Notes under the pieces: generated by a model
Told to the model about the DNA's origin: nothing
What the model saw: the letters and a program-made list of their open reading frames with translations, nothing else
Databases searched by the model: none
Made by a program: the position numbers and the translations under genes
Source: an uncultured Bacteroidales bacterium
GTDB taxonomy: Bacteria; Bacteroidota; Bacteroidia; Bacteroidales; VadinHA17
Assembly (NCBI GenBank): GCA_963732365.1
Contig: CAVSZC010000001.1
Location: 354,526-418,525, forward strand
Length of the DNA stretch: 64,000 bases
Reading direction: 5' to 3'
Shown here: positions 46,035 through 56,253 of the stretch, piece after piece
Numbering within the stretch: position 1 is the first letter of the stretch
Layout of the letters: each line of letters opens with the position of its first letter

Positions 46035-47534
46035 TCATACCGGCATCTCGGGAAGGTTCCATCCATCACGGTATTTGTGCATTATCATCTCCTGTGCAAA
46101 CTGGTTAGCGTTCATCGGGTCAGTAAACTTCCTGTCAAAGGTGGGATGACCGTCAGTGATGCTGAAATGATCCTCAATACATATCTTCACTGTCTCAGTA
46201 TCAGTAATATTGGTGAATTCCATTTTTTCACCGTTCCATTCGAGCGTTTTATTAAGGCCCTGGAGTCTTACAGCCATGACACCCATTACAACCATTTCAT
46301 TGAACGGTCCTGCTTCCACGAAGTCGGACTTGGTCATCACCCTTGATTCCGGAGATTCCTTGCATGCGCGTACCCAATCCATCTCATGTCCGCCGCTCGT
46401 GGCATTCTCAACGCGTCTTTCGGTCTGAGGTGCATTCGGCACCCTGCCTGAGAGAAGCCATGGATTTATTCCATAGCAACCGCATATGAGCTTATCCTTC
46501 GTCCCATGGAATATAACTCCACCTCCCTGGTCATTCATATCCTTGCCGGCTGGCCATCCTTCAGGTTTCATAGGCTGGAGGCCACCGTCATACCATGTCA
46601 CCTCTACCTCAGGAAGATCAATCTTGTAGTGTGCCGGGGCAGTTCTGCCCGGATAGACCAGTTTTACCATCTGGGCATTGGGTGCACAGTCTGTAAGCAG
46701 CAGCGTAGAACTTGCCTGTACTTTTGTAGGGTAGGTGAGTTTAAGAGACTTAAAGACCGGATGAAGTATGTGGCATGCCATATCGCCCAGCGCTCCCGTT
46801 CCAAAATCCCACCAGCCTCTCCAGTTCCATGGATGATATATTGCATTATAAGGCCTTACAGAAGCAGGACCAAGGAATAGATCCCAGTCGAGTGTCTTTG
46901 GCACCTTGTCAACTGTTACAGGTCTGTTAAGCCCCTGAGGCCATATCGGACGGTCAGTGAAGGCCTCTACTTTAGTCACCTCTCCTATCTCCCTGTTCTG
47001 GATCCATTCCTGGACAAGATCCACTCCAATGGCAGATGATCCCTGATTACCCATCTGTGTTGCCACTTTGTGCTTGGCAGCCAGTTTGGTCAGTAGCCTT
47101 GACTCGTAGACGCTGTGTGTAAGCGGCTTCTGAAGGTATACGTGCTTGCCCATTGTCATGGCCTGCGCTGCTGAGATGGCGTGAGTATGGTCAGCCGTAG
47201 CAATGACAACGGCATCGATAGACTTGCCCATCTCATCATACATCTTCCTGAAGTCCCAGTATTTGGCCGCAGCAGGATAGGCATCAAATACCCTCTTTGA
47301 ATAGCCCCAGTCAACGTCGCAGAGTGCTACGATGTTTTCTGACCCTGCCACATTTCTGATGTTGGTGGCGCCGACGCCGCCGATACCGATACCTGCAATA
47401 TTCAGTTTATCGCTCGGTGCCCTGTAGCCAAATCCGCTGACAACATTGCTTGGAATGATTGTCAGACCAGCCAGTGCTGCACCAGTGGTGCCCATAAATG
47501 AACGTCTGCTAACTTTTTTTGATTCTTCTTTCAT
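46035..47534 (-). CDS. Tat-exported Gfo/Idh/MocA oxidoreductase (glycoside 3-dehydrogenase-like)
   Basis: SRRSFM Tat motif; APSDKLNIAGIGIGG, ATADHTH, QKPLTH, TQMGNQG and WRGWWDFGTGALGDMACH motifs. Confidence 0.92.
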   Translation of the reverse strand: MKEESKKVSRRSFMGTTGAALAGLTIIPSNVVSGFGYRAPSDKLNIAGIGIGGVGATNIRNVAGSENIVALCDVDWGYSKRVFDAYPAAAKYWDFRKMYDEMGKSIDAVVIATADHTHAISAAQAMTMGKHVYLQKPLTHSVYESRLLTKLAAKHKVATQMGNQGSSAIGVDLVQEWIQNREIGEVTKVEAFTDRPIWPQGLNRPVTVDKVPKTLDWDLFLGPASVRPYNAIYHPWNWRGWWDFGTGALGDMACHILHPVFKSLKLTYPTKVQASSTLLLTDCAPNAQMVKLVYPGRTAPAHYKIDLPEVEVTWYDGGLQPMKPEGWPAGKDMNDQGGGVIFHGTKDKLICGCYGINPWLLSGRVPNAPQTERRVENATSGGHEMDWVRACKESPESRVMTKSDFVEAGPFNEMVVMGVMAVRLQGLNKTLEWNGEKMEFTNITDTETVKICIEDHFSITDGHPTFDRKFTDPMNANQFAQEMIMHKYRDGWNLPEMPV

Positions 47535-47663
47535 ATTTACGATGGTTAGTATTCAATAGAAACCTTAAAAATAAATAATTCATCTGTAAAACATGGCAGT
47601 GTCACCAGATTAAAACCCTCAAATTCATTCAAAAAATTGGTAACTTGCATAAAAGGTTAAGGG

Positions 47664-48134
47664 ATGAATGAAAGAAGGTTTAATATTGACCTGTATGAGA
47701 CCGCCAGGACCGGGAGGATACTCAGGGTCACTCTCGGTGCACTGTTCATAGTTGCCACCGGGTGGTTTGCACTTAATATCAGCGGATCCGAGGCCTCCAC
47801 ATCCTCAGCATGGATTGCCGTAGTATTCCTGTTCCTTGTTTCGCTCTGGCTAATTGCATCAGGACTGGGCTACACCGACAGGTATATAATCATAGCGGAA
47901 CAACAGATTACTTTAAGAAAGAACAGAATAGCCTCACCCGCAATCTTTACGGCAGAGAATCTCAAGCGTGTCGAACTGATGCCGCTGTCTGTCATTTTCT
48001 TCACAGAAGCGGGGAAACTGTCACTGAAACTGGGGACATACTATCCTGAACATTCTGCAGCTATAATGGAAGCTGTGGAGGAGTTCTGCTCAAGGAACAA
48101 TATTGAAATTACACTCACGGAGACAGGAATATAA
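47664..48134 (+). CDS. Hypothetical two-TM membrane protein
   Basis: 156-aa ORF with two hydrophobic helices; operonic spacing to the next gene. Confidence 0.7.
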   Translation: MNERRFNIDLYETARTGRILRVTLGALFIVATGWFALNISGSEASTSSAWIAVVFLFLVSLWLIASGLGYTDRYIIIAEQQITLRKNRIASPAIFTAENLKRVELMPLSVIFFTEAGKLSLKLGTYYPEHSAAIMEAVEEFCSRNNIEITLTETGI

Positions 48135-48145
48135 AGCGAATAATT

Positions 48146-49294
48146 ATGAAAGTCAGAATGGGTATGATTGGCGGCGGTGAAGGCTCGTTCATAGGGCCGG
48201 TACACCGTATGGCAGCACGGCTTGACGGCATGATCGAACTTGTCAGCGGAGCCTTCAGCAGCGACCCCGCCGTTTCAGAGGCAGCCGGATTAAAAGAAGG
48301 GCTTGCAAAAGAAAGGATTTATGACACATGGCAGGAGATGATTAAAGGCGAGTGCCAGCTCCCTGAGAGTGAACGACCTGATTTTATTGCCATTGTCACA
48401 CCCAATCACCTTCATTATGGTCCGGCGAGAATGGCAATGGAAGCAGGCTTCGATGTCCTCTGCGACAAGCCGCTGTGTCTCAGTGTGGCTGAAGCCATCG
48501 ACCTGTATGAGACGGTAGAGCATACCGGGAGGCTGTTCTGCCTGACGCACAACTATACAGGGTATCCGATGATCAAGAGAGCCAGGGAGATGGTTCTTGG
48601 AGGTGAGATAGGTGAGATACGCAAGGTTGCTGTTGAGTATTTTCAGGGATGGCTCTCCTCCCCTGTTGAGACCACAGGCAACAGGCAGGCTGAATGGCGT
48701 GCAGACCCGCGAAGGGCAGGCATAGCCGGGACAATGGCTGACATTGGCACGCATGGGTTCAACCTGGCAGAATATGTTACTGGACTGGAGACCGTAGCCT
48801 TATCGGCTGACCTGCATTCAGTCCTGCCAGGCAGATTGCTCGACGACGACGGGAGTGTCTTCCTGATGTTCGGCAATGGCATCTGCGGCACGCTGCTGGC
48901 CAGCCAGATAGCCCTCGGAGAAGAGAATAACCTGTCAATCAGGGTGTATGGTGACAAGGGAAGCATCAGCTGGAGGCAGATGGAACCGAACAGCCTGAAG
49001 GTAATGTGGCCTGACAAACCGCTGCAGATTTACAGGACTGCGGCACCGTTTTCAGAGGCCGGGATGTCTGCCCCGCTTCATTCAAGGATTCCTGCAGGTC
49101 ATCCCGAAGGGTTCATTGAGGCCTTTGCCAATCTGTACCGCAACTTTGCAATGAATATTGTGGCAGCACGGGAAGGAAGGCAACAGGATCTGTTGTACGA
49201 CTATCCGGGCATCTATGAAGGGGTCAGGGGAATGAAATTCCTTGAGGCTGTGGTATCCTCAGCACGGAATAACTCGGTCAGAACAGCGCTCTGA
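48146..49294 (+). CDS. Gfo/Idh/MocA oxidoreductase
   Basis: GMIGGGEGSFIGPVHR, VTPNHLH, CDKP, DIGTH and PAGHPEGFIEAFANLY motifs. Confidence 0.92.
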   Translation: MKVRMGMIGGGEGSFIGPVHRMAARLDGMIELVSGAFSSDPAVSEAAGLKEGLAKERIYDTWQEMIKGECQLPESERPDFIAIVTPNHLHYGPARMAMEAGFDVLCDKPLCLSVAEAIDLYETVEHTGRLFCLTHNYTGYPMIKRAREMVLGGEIGEIRKVAVEYFQGWLSSPVETTGNRQAEWRADPRRAGIAGTMADIGTHGFNLAEYVTGLETVALSADLHSVLPGRLLDDDGSVFLMFGNGICGTLLASQIALGEENNLSIRVYGDKGSISWRQMEPNSLKVMWPDKPLQIYRTAAPFSEAGMSAPLHSRIPAGHPEGFIEAFANLYRNFAMNIVAAREGRQQDLLYDYPGIYEGVRGMKFLEAVVSSARNNSVRTAL

Positions 49295-49296
49295 CC

Positions 49297-50148
49297 CTAC
49301 TTCAGAATGTAGTTGAGGTAATAGTTGCGGCTGATTTCAATGCTCTCCATCGGGGTGTGAGTCCGGCAGTTATCCTGCTCTATGAACCAGTATCTCATCC
49401 CTGCCAGCTTCGCCTTCTCCATAATGGGTTTGAAATCGATGATACCTTCGCCCAGTGTGGCATCCTGTTTCTCAGGACTGAGATCCTTGAAGTGCCATAC
49501 TTCAAACCGTCCGGGGTATTTCCTGAAATATGCTACCGGATCTTTCCCTGCAGCAGTGATCCAGGCAAGGTCGAGTTCGAAGGTGACAAGCCTGGGATCA
49601 GTATTCTCGGCAAGGATGTCGAAAGGCACCTTGCCTTCCATCTCCGTAAACTCGACCTGATGATTGTGAAATGCAAAGGTCAGTCCTGCCTTCCGGCACT
49701 TCTCCCCGACTTTATTGAAATAATCTGCGGTCTTCTGATAAGCAGCCAGGGAATTGCTCCATTCGCCCGGCAATGAGGGAAGGATGAGGTATTTCATTCC
49801 TGCCTCTGCTGCATCCTCGATCATCTGATCCTCATTTTCAGGCCTCACAGCACTGTGCGTGCTTAAAGGATCCATCCCGTTCTTTTTTACCAGCTTGCCG
49901 TATTCTTTTGGTTTGAGACCGTAAAACGCCCTGTTGCTGTGGCTGGCAGCCTCAACCCAGTTAAAGCCTTTCGCCGCGACCGCTGCCAGAGTTGCAGCAG
50001 GGTCTTTGGCCATCTCATCACGTACAGTATAAAGTGCAAGGCCTGTCTTTTTGGACGGACCGGACACCGCAAAAAGATCACTTTTTACCACAGGTACTGC
50101 TGCTATAACTAAGGCTGAACGCTTTATAAAGATTCTCCTGGAGGTCAT
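49297..50148 (-). CDS. Tat-exported sugar-phosphate isomerase/epimerase-family TIM barrel
   Basis: SRRIFIK Tat motif; LALYTVR, FHNHQVEF, ELDLAW, HFKD, GEGIIDF and IEQD motifs; TAATTTTG -7 element at 50213-50220 (minus strand). Confidence 0.9.
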   Translation of the reverse strand: MTSRRIFIKRSALVIAAVPVVKSDLFAVSGPSKKTGLALYTVRDEMAKDPAATLAAVAAKGFNWVEAASHSNRAFYGLKPKEYGKLVKKNGMDPLSTHSAVRPENEDQMIEDAAEAGMKYLILPSLPGEWSNSLAAYQKTADYFNKVGEKCRKAGLTFAFHNHQVEFTEMEGKVPFDILAENTDPRLVTFELDLAWITAAGKDPVAYFRKYPGRFEVWHFKDLSPEKQDATLGEGIIDFKPIMEKAKLAGMRYWFIEQDNCRTHTPMESIEISRNYYLNYILK

Positions 50149-50252
50149 GTCGGTTACTAGTTGGTTTACAAATGCTGATCAGAAACATGTTGATCAAACA
50201 AACAAAGCATAGCAAAATTAGAATTAAATTTATAAGATCAAAACTCATCATT

Positions 50253-51251
50253 GTGAAGCTGGCTGAAAAACAGAACGATGACGATCATGTCAGATGTCTT
50301 CTTTGTCCTCATTCATGCCTGATTTCCAGGGGGGAGAGAGGACTGTGCGGGGTAAGGGAAAACACAGGGGACGAGATAAGGCTCAATACATACGGTGTCG
50401 TTTCCGGTTTTGCCCTCGACCCCATTGAGAAAAAACCACTCTATCACTTTTACCCGGGAAAGAATATCATATCTGCCGGATCTTACGGATGCAACCTTAA
50501 ATGTGACTTCTGCCAGAATTACCACATATCACAGAATACAGACGCCAGCGCCGGCCACAGGTTATCTCCCGGGGAGCTTGTCTCCAGGGCCCTTAAGGCC
50601 GAAGACAACATAGGTATTGCATATACATATAATGAACCTGTCATTTGGTATGAATATGTAACTGACTGCGCAAGGCTGGCAGCCGGGGAAGGACTTAAAA
50701 ACGTCATGGTTACCAACGGGTATGTCAACCGGAAGCCTCTCTTGCAACTGATTGAACTTATTGATGCTTTTAATATAGACCTTAAGTCTTTTGACAACCA
50801 GTTTTACAGGAAGTTCACCGGCGCCACACTCAAACCGGTGCTTGACTCAATAAAAGAGGTGGCTGCATCAGGGAGGCACCTTGAGATTACAACGTTAATA
50901 ATACCGGGGCTGAATGACTCTGCCGACGAGATGAGGCGCGAGGCAGAGTGGATTGCCATCAATGCCGGGGCCGGCGTCCCTTTGCACCTCAGCCGCTATT
51001 ACCCGATGTATAAAAGAGATGATCCGCCAACCCCCTCAGAGACAATATGGAAATTAAAAGAAGCAGCCTCAGAGTACCTTGATTTTGTATACACCGGAAA
51101 TATGGCTGAACCGTCTGCCGGATCTGACACAATATGTCCGCAATGCAAAACGACAGTTATCAGACGTTCAGGCTACCGCACAACAATAACGGGCCTGTCA
51201 GATGATGGCAGATGCCTGAAATGCAGTGAACTGATCGTTAAATACCGATAA
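50253..51251 (+). CDS. amrS: AmmeMemoRadiSam-system radical SAM enzyme
   Basis: CLLCPHSC, DPIEKKPLYHF, GCNLKCDFCQN, AYTYNEP and LHLSRYYP motifs; GTG 50253 preferred as start. Confidence 0.92.
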   Translation: MKLAEKQNDDDHVRCLLCPHSCLISRGERGLCGVRENTGDEIRLNTYGVVSGFALDPIEKKPLYHFYPGKNIISAGSYGCNLKCDFCQNYHISQNTDASAGHRLSPGELVSRALKAEDNIGIAYTYNEPVIWYEYVTDCARLAAGEGLKNVMVTNGYVNRKPLLQLIELIDAFNIDLKSFDNQFYRKFTGATLKPVLDSIKEVAASGRHLEITTLIIPGLNDSADEMRREAEWIAINAGAGVPLHLSRYYPMYKRDDPPTPSETIWKLKEAASEYLDFVYTGNMAEPSAGSDTICPQCKTTVIRRSGYRTTITGLSDDGRCLKCSELIVKYR

Positions 51252-51270
51252 ACTCAGGCAGGTTGGTAAT

Positions 51271-51561
51271 TCACTTTGATTTTGAAATGGCACTGAGCTT
51301 CTCAAAAAACTCGTCGACCTTTTCAAGCAGATCCTTCCGAACCGATTTGTAATAAGCCCTCACAAGTGCCGGGTTATCCTTGCCATCCGGGTGATTAACC
51401 CTCTGAATGAATTCATTACGCATACTGACAGCCTCCTCAATAAGGTTCTGGACTTCAGTCCTCTTTTCACCTGTATGAAGGCTGGTAAACATGAAACAAT
51501 CAGAAATGAATTCAAAAAAGAGAAAGTCTATGTCCTTCTTCAGGTTTTGTACACTTGCCAT
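51271..51561 (-). CDS. Small helical hypothetical protein
   Basis: 96-aa ORF with its own TATCTTTG -7 element at 51579-51586. Confidence 0.7.
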   Translation of the reverse strand: MASVQNLKKDIDFLFFEFISDCFMFTSLHTGEKRTEVQNLIEEAVSMRNEFIQRVNHPDGKDNPALVRAYYKSVRKDLLEKVDEFFEKLSAISKSK

Positions 51562-51590
51562 AATTACTGCTTTTGCTGCAAAGATACAGA

Positions 51591-52427
51591 TTAATCTGCT
51601 TCGTTATGACGTTCATATTCCCCTATGCTCTCATTCATCAATTTCTCATATTTTATCCTGAGCTCTTCCACGATCTTTTTTTCTGTGCTGAAATCAACGT
51701 TGTCAATACGCCTTGCCGATAGCACCATGGGGGAGGTGCCGGTAATGAAAACCGCAGAAAAACGAGCTATATCGATTGCTCTTACAGCTTCATAAATAAG
51801 CCTGATACCTTCTTTCCTGCAGATTTCAATAACATATTTCCGTGTAATTCCCTGAAGGACCATCGGGTCAGGTGCCGTATAAACCCTGTCATCCTTATCG
51901 AGGAAGAAGACATTCGATCTGCTCCCCTCGGTGATAAATCCCTGGCTGTTCACAAGCAGGGCTTCATAAGCCTTTTTCTTTTCAATGACTTCATTGACGG
52001 CAAGTCGCATCCTGTTATTCAGCAGTTTAACCCCGGGGTCAAACCTTTCGGCACGGTAAAGGACAAGGTCCACTCCCCGGCGGTACATCTCCACGGCCGG
52101 ATAAGAGGATTTAATATAGTATATGCTTACTGAATGTTCCTGCCCGGTAAATGAAACTGTCACCTTAACATTAATCTCAGGAAACCGCTCCGCATTTACA
52201 AGTGCCCCTATCCCTTTTCTGACAGCAGCAGGAATATCTTCAGACAGGCTGTATCTCGTGGCAATCCCGGCCGTAAGGCGTTTCATATGATCGTCAAAGA
52301 ATACCGGGGTGCCGTTCCTTGTGCGGATGACCTCATAGAAAGAGAGTTCGCACTCCGCTTCTCCGGTCTCACTTCCGGCAGAATGAATGACCCCGTCAAG
52401 GTAATAATAGGTACCGTAAATATCCAT
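51591..52427 (-). CDS. Class IV PLP aminotransferase family protein (IlvE/PabC-like)
   Basis: FYEVIR, HMKRL, ITEGSRSNVFF, LQGITRK and FITGTS motifs; TAACTTTG at 52445-52452 supports ATG 52427. Confidence 0.88.
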   Translation of the reverse strand: MDIYGTYYYLDGVIHSAGSETGEAECELSFYEVIRTRNGTPVFFDDHMKRLTAGIATRYSLSEDIPAAVRKGIGALVNAERFPEINVKVTVSFTGQEHSVSIYYIKSSYPAVEMYRRGVDLVLYRAERFDPGVKLLNNRMRLAVNEVIEKKKAYEALLVNSQGFITEGSRSNVFFLDKDDRVYTAPDPMVLQGITRKYVIEICRKEGIRLIYEAVRAIDIARFSAVFITGTSPMVLSARRIDNVDFSTEKKIVEELRIKYEKLMNESIGEYERHNEAD

Positions 52428-52506
52428 CAGATCAATTGCAGTTACAAAGTTATCAAATAACTGATAACGCATCAAAAGTAGTTATCTTCGTGTTATAGAT
52501 TCAGCA

Positions 52507-53871
52507 TTGTACGCAGTAGTTGACATAGAGACCACGGGAGGAAGCGCGAGGCTGGAAAGGATTACCGAGATAGCCGTTTACATTCATGACGGGACGAGGG
52601 TGGTTGAGGAATTCTCGACCCTGATAAATCCGGAGCGCAACATACCCTATTTTATCACCAGCCTCACCGGTATCACGAATGAGATGGTTGAAGATGCGCC
52701 CCGGTTCTTTGAGGTTGCGAAAAAGATTGTGGAGATTACCGAAGGAAGGGTCTTTGTGGCACACAATGCACGGTTTGATTATTCATTTATCAGGCAGGAG
52801 TTCAGCATGCTGGGATATAATTTCAAACGTCCGCTTCTCGACACGGTAGCTCTGAGCAGGAAGCTGCTGCCCGGCCACAGGTCATACAGTCTGGGTAACC
52901 TGTGCAAGGATCTGGGTATTGAGATTAACGGAAGGCACCGGGCATCAGGTGATGCTCTTGCCACGGTAAAACTGATGGAGCTCCTTCTGGAGAAGGACAG
53001 GGAGCTTAAAAGCGGCAGTATCATCAGAAACCGCAAAACATCGAGGCTGCATCCGGCACTTGAACCGACAAAGATTGCCGAAATACCTGAGTTACCCGGT
53101 ATCTATTACTTTTATAATGACACGGGTGAAATAATCTATGTGGGGAAAAGCCGCAACCTCTTTCAGAGGGTCAACACCCATCTGTCAAACAACAGCTCAT
53201 CCAGAGCCATGGAGATGCGTTCATTGATTGCCGACATCAGCTGGGAGCATACCGGCAGCGAACTCATTGCACTTCTGCTCGAATCAGCAGAGATAAAGGC
53301 AAAAAAACCTCTGTTCAACAGGGCTCAGCGTCGCACAGGTTTCAGATGGGGTATTTACAGCCACACTGATGAACAGGGATATATCAGGTTTGAGTACAGG
53401 AACGTCAGGGATGATGCAGTACCATTGTCTCTCTTTACATCCAGGGAAAAAGTAAGGGCAAAGCTGGAGCAGATAATACATGAATATGAGCTTTGCCAGA
53501 AGCTCTGCGGCATGTATGATACTGACGGCCCCTGTTTTCACAGGCAGGTAAGCCTGTGCCGCGGCGCCTGTTCCGGAGAGGAGAAGCCGTCATCATACAA
53601 CGAGAGAGCCATGCAGGCTCTTGACGAGTTTATCTTCACGGGACGGAATTTCTTTATCATTGACAGCGGACGTGATCCGGAGGAGAGATGTGCCGTAAAG
53701 ATCGTTAACGGAAAGTACTCAGGATACGGCTATTTCAATGTCAACGATGTCGGTTTCGGACTGGCCGCCATTCATGACTGCATTAAAGGTGCATATGATA
53801 ACCGCGATATCCAGATCATCATCAAAGGTTATCTCAGAAACCACAGGGTGGAGAGAATAATTGACTTCTGA
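52507..53871 (+). CDS. DEDDh 3'-5' exonuclease fused to a GIY-YIG (UvrC/Cho-like) nuclease
   Basis: VDIETTG, VAHNARFD and HRASGDA motifs; PGIYYF...IYVGKSRNL; TTG start. Confidence 0.92.
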   Translation: MYAVVDIETTGGSARLERITEIAVYIHDGTRVVEEFSTLINPERNIPYFITSLTGITNEMVEDAPRFFEVAKKIVEITEGRVFVAHNARFDYSFIRQEFSMLGYNFKRPLLDTVALSRKLLPGHRSYSLGNLCKDLGIEINGRHRASGDALATVKLMELLLEKDRELKSGSIIRNRKTSRLHPALEPTKIAEIPELPGIYYFYNDTGEIIYVGKSRNLFQRVNTHLSNNSSSRAMEMRSLIADISWEHTGSELIALLLESAEIKAKKPLFNRAQRRTGFRWGIYSHTDEQGYIRFEYRNVRDDAVPLSLFTSREKVRAKLEQIIHEYELCQKLCGMYDTDGPCFHRQVSLCRGACSGEEKPSSYNERAMQALDEFIFTGRNFFIIDSGRDPEERCAVKIVNGKYSGYGYFNVNDVGFGLAAIHDCIKGAYDNRDIQIIIKGYLRNHRVERIIDF

Positions 53872-53932
53872 CAGCGCAGTTACAGATACTTTTTCTTAAT
53901 ATATTTGTTTAAACCAACACCACAGAAAGCAG

Positions 53933-54583
53933 ATGTCGCTTTTTACCCGCACCACCAATGAGTTAGCTGCAAGAGTTGACGAATTCTTTGACACGATAGA
54001 GATCGGGGTATTAATATTCAAGGAAGGTGTAAAAGCATATGTCAACGGTGACCAGGATGCTTTCCAGAATCACCTCAGAAAGATTGACGAGCATGAGAGC
54101 AAGGCAGACAAACTTCAGAGGGGAATAGAGAATGACATGATCATACACTCTATTCTGCCCCAGCAGCGAAGTGACATTGTGAAGTTGCTGTGGCAGCTTG
54201 ATGAGATAATTGATACAGCCAAGAGCTCTCTGAATGAGTTTTACATTGAGATGCCACGCATTCCTGCTTCGCTGGTGCATGATTTTGCATCACTGGCGGA
54301 GGTGTCAGGCAATGCTGCAGAGGAACTTATTCCTGCAGCCAGGGCTTTCTTCCGGGAACCGCATCTCGTGAGGGAGAAGCTGCTGAAGGTCTATTTCTTT
54401 GAGAAGGAGACCGATAAGTCATCATTCAACCTGAAGAGGAAGGTCTTTCACGATATGAGCGAACTCACCCTGGCAGAAAAAGCTCATCTGCGCTATATAA
54501 CACACCATATTGAGAGCATCTCAGACAGGGCGCAGGATGCGGCCGATATGCTGGCATCAATGGCAATCAGGCAAATGCTCTGA
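53933..54583 (+). CDS. DUF47/PhoU_div phosphate-transport regulator
   Basis: EHESKADKL, EKETD and ISDRAQD motifs; directly upstream of PiT; TATATTTG at 53900-53907. Confidence 0.85.
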   Translation: MSLFTRTTNELAARVDEFFDTIEIGVLIFKEGVKAYVNGDQDAFQNHLRKIDEHESKADKLQRGIENDMIIHSILPQQRSDIVKLLWQLDEIIDTAKSSLNEFYIEMPRIPASLVHDFASLAEVSGNAAEELIPAARAFFREPHLVREKLLKVYFFEKETDKSSFNLKRKVFHDMSELTLAEKAHLRYITHHIESISDRAQDAADMLASMAIRQML

Positions 54584-54586
54584 CAT

Positions 54587-55786
54587 ATGATCATTCTCTT
54601 TATTTCAAGCGGGCTTTTTCTCGGCTGGACTCTTGGGGCGAACGATGCAGCCAATATCTTCGGCTCTGCTGTCGGTACACGTATGATCTCCTTCACGAAA
54701 GCTGCTGTCATGGCATCCGTTTTTGTGGTTCTTGGTGCTGTTATGCAGGGTTCAGGTGCCTCCGATACTCTCGGTCGTCTTGGGTCAGTAAATGCCATCG
54801 GAGGCGCTTTCACGGTCGCGCTGGCAGCAGGTATCACTGTCTATATGATGACAAAGGCCGGACTGCCGGTATCAACAACCCAGGCAATAGTAGGCGCCAT
54901 AATAGGATGGAACATCTTCACAGACAATGCCGTAGACTCGAAATCACTGACCCAGATCGTATCCACCTGGATTACCGGGCCAATCATCGGTGCGATGTTT
55001 GCATACCTGCTGTACCATACGATCAAGGTCATCAGACGAAGAATCAAAGTACACCTGCTTTTCTACGAATCATATATCCGGACCGGACTTCTGATAACCG
55101 GAGCTTTCGGAGCCTTCAGCCTGGGGGCAAACAATATTGCCAATGTCATGGGGGTATTTGTCCCCAGCATCCCTCTCGGTGAGGCCGACTTCGGCATCTT
55201 CACCCTCACGGGCGCACAGCAACTGTTCTTCCTGGGCGGGATAGCAATAGCAGCAGGAATTGTGACATACTCAAAAAAGGTTATTCAGACCCTGGGCAAT
55301 AACCTCCTTGAACTAACTCCCGAGGCAGCCCTGGTGGTAGTGCTGGCACAGGCACTGGTACTCTTTATTTTTTCATCTTCGGCGCTGTCACGCATTGTTG
55401 CAGCCACAGGGCTCCCCCCTATCCCGCTGGTACCTGTATCAAGCTCACAGGTGATTGTGGGAGCCATCCTGGGTGTCGGCCTCTACAAGGGGGTCAGGAA
55501 CATTAATCTGAAAGTATTGGGCAGCATAGCGTCAGGATGGGTTACAACACCTGTTGCAGCCGGATTGCTATCCTTCTTCCTCCTATTCTTCGTAAAGAAT
55601 CTTTTCGGAATAGAGGTAGGTCATTCGGTCAATCCGCCTGCCTCAACCGGTGACGGGCTGAACCTTGCCATGGTTGTCAGATACAGCATTATTCTGTTAC
55701 TTGTAATCACTGCTTCATACCTCGTCTACATGGTGCTTTCAGAGCGAAAGAAAACAAACCGAATCAAAAAGAACTACTATGAATAA
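54587..55786 (+). CDS. PiT-family inorganic phosphate transporter
   Basis: GANDAAN, GLPVSTTQ, GANNIAN and PVSSSQ motifs. Confidence 0.92.
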   Translation: MIILFISSGLFLGWTLGANDAANIFGSAVGTRMISFTKAAVMASVFVVLGAVMQGSGASDTLGRLGSVNAIGGAFTVALAAGITVYMMTKAGLPVSTTQAIVGAIIGWNIFTDNAVDSKSLTQIVSTWITGPIIGAMFAYLLYHTIKVIRRRIKVHLLFYESYIRTGLLITGAFGAFSLGANNIANVMGVFVPSIPLGEADFGIFTLTGAQQLFFLGGIAIAAGIVTYSKKVIQTLGNNLLELTPEAALVVVLAQALVLFIFSSSALSRIVAATGLPPIPLVPVSSSQVIVGAILGVGLYKGVRNINLKVLGSIASGWVTTPVAAGLLSFFLLFFVKNLFGIEVGHSVNPPASTGDGLNLAMVVRYSIILLLVITASYLVYMVLSERKKTNRIKKNYYE

Positions 55787-56219
55787 AAAAATACACAATC
55801 CCTCCTCATACATCACAATGAGACTGATTAAAAGCGAGGATCTGAATCACCATGGTACTCTGTTTGCAGGGAGAACTGCAGAATGGTTCGTTGAATCAGG
55901 CTTCATTGCTGCTGCCGGTCTGCTTGAACCTAAAAGCGTGGTCTGCCTGAAGATACATGGAATGTATTTTACCAGCCCTGCCAAACCCGGTGAGGTTCTT
56001 AAATTTGATTCGAGGATTGTTTATACCGGGAAAAGCAGCCTTGTATCATATATCAAGGTCTGCAAGTCAGATTGCACCATACCCCTTGTTGACGGATTCG
56101 TGACCTTTATCCACGTTGATGAAGAGACGAAACCAACTCCACACAACATTGAAACAGTGCCAGTTACTGCCGAAGACAGGGAACTGATGGAGAAGGCAGT
56201 AAGTCTTAAAACAAGATGA
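55779..56219 (+). CDS. Hotdog-fold acyl-CoA thioesterase
   Basis: EDLNHHGTLFAG motif and VTFIHVD. Confidence 0.85.
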   Translation: MNKKIHNPSSYITMRLIKSEDLNHHGTLFAGRTAEWFVESGFIAAAGLLEPKSVVCLKIHGMYFTSPAKPGEVLKFDSRIVYTGKSSLVSYIKVCKSDCTIPLVDGFVTFIHVDEETKPTPHNIETVPVTAEDRELMEKAVSLKTR

Positions 56220-56253
56220 ACCTCAATGAATCCGGTAATTACTCCTACGGAAA

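Noticed and set aside
52507-53871. DEDDh + GIY-YIG fusion as a novel defence nuclease
   Set aside because: This is a known DnaQ/UvrC-like repair architecture in a housekeeping context.
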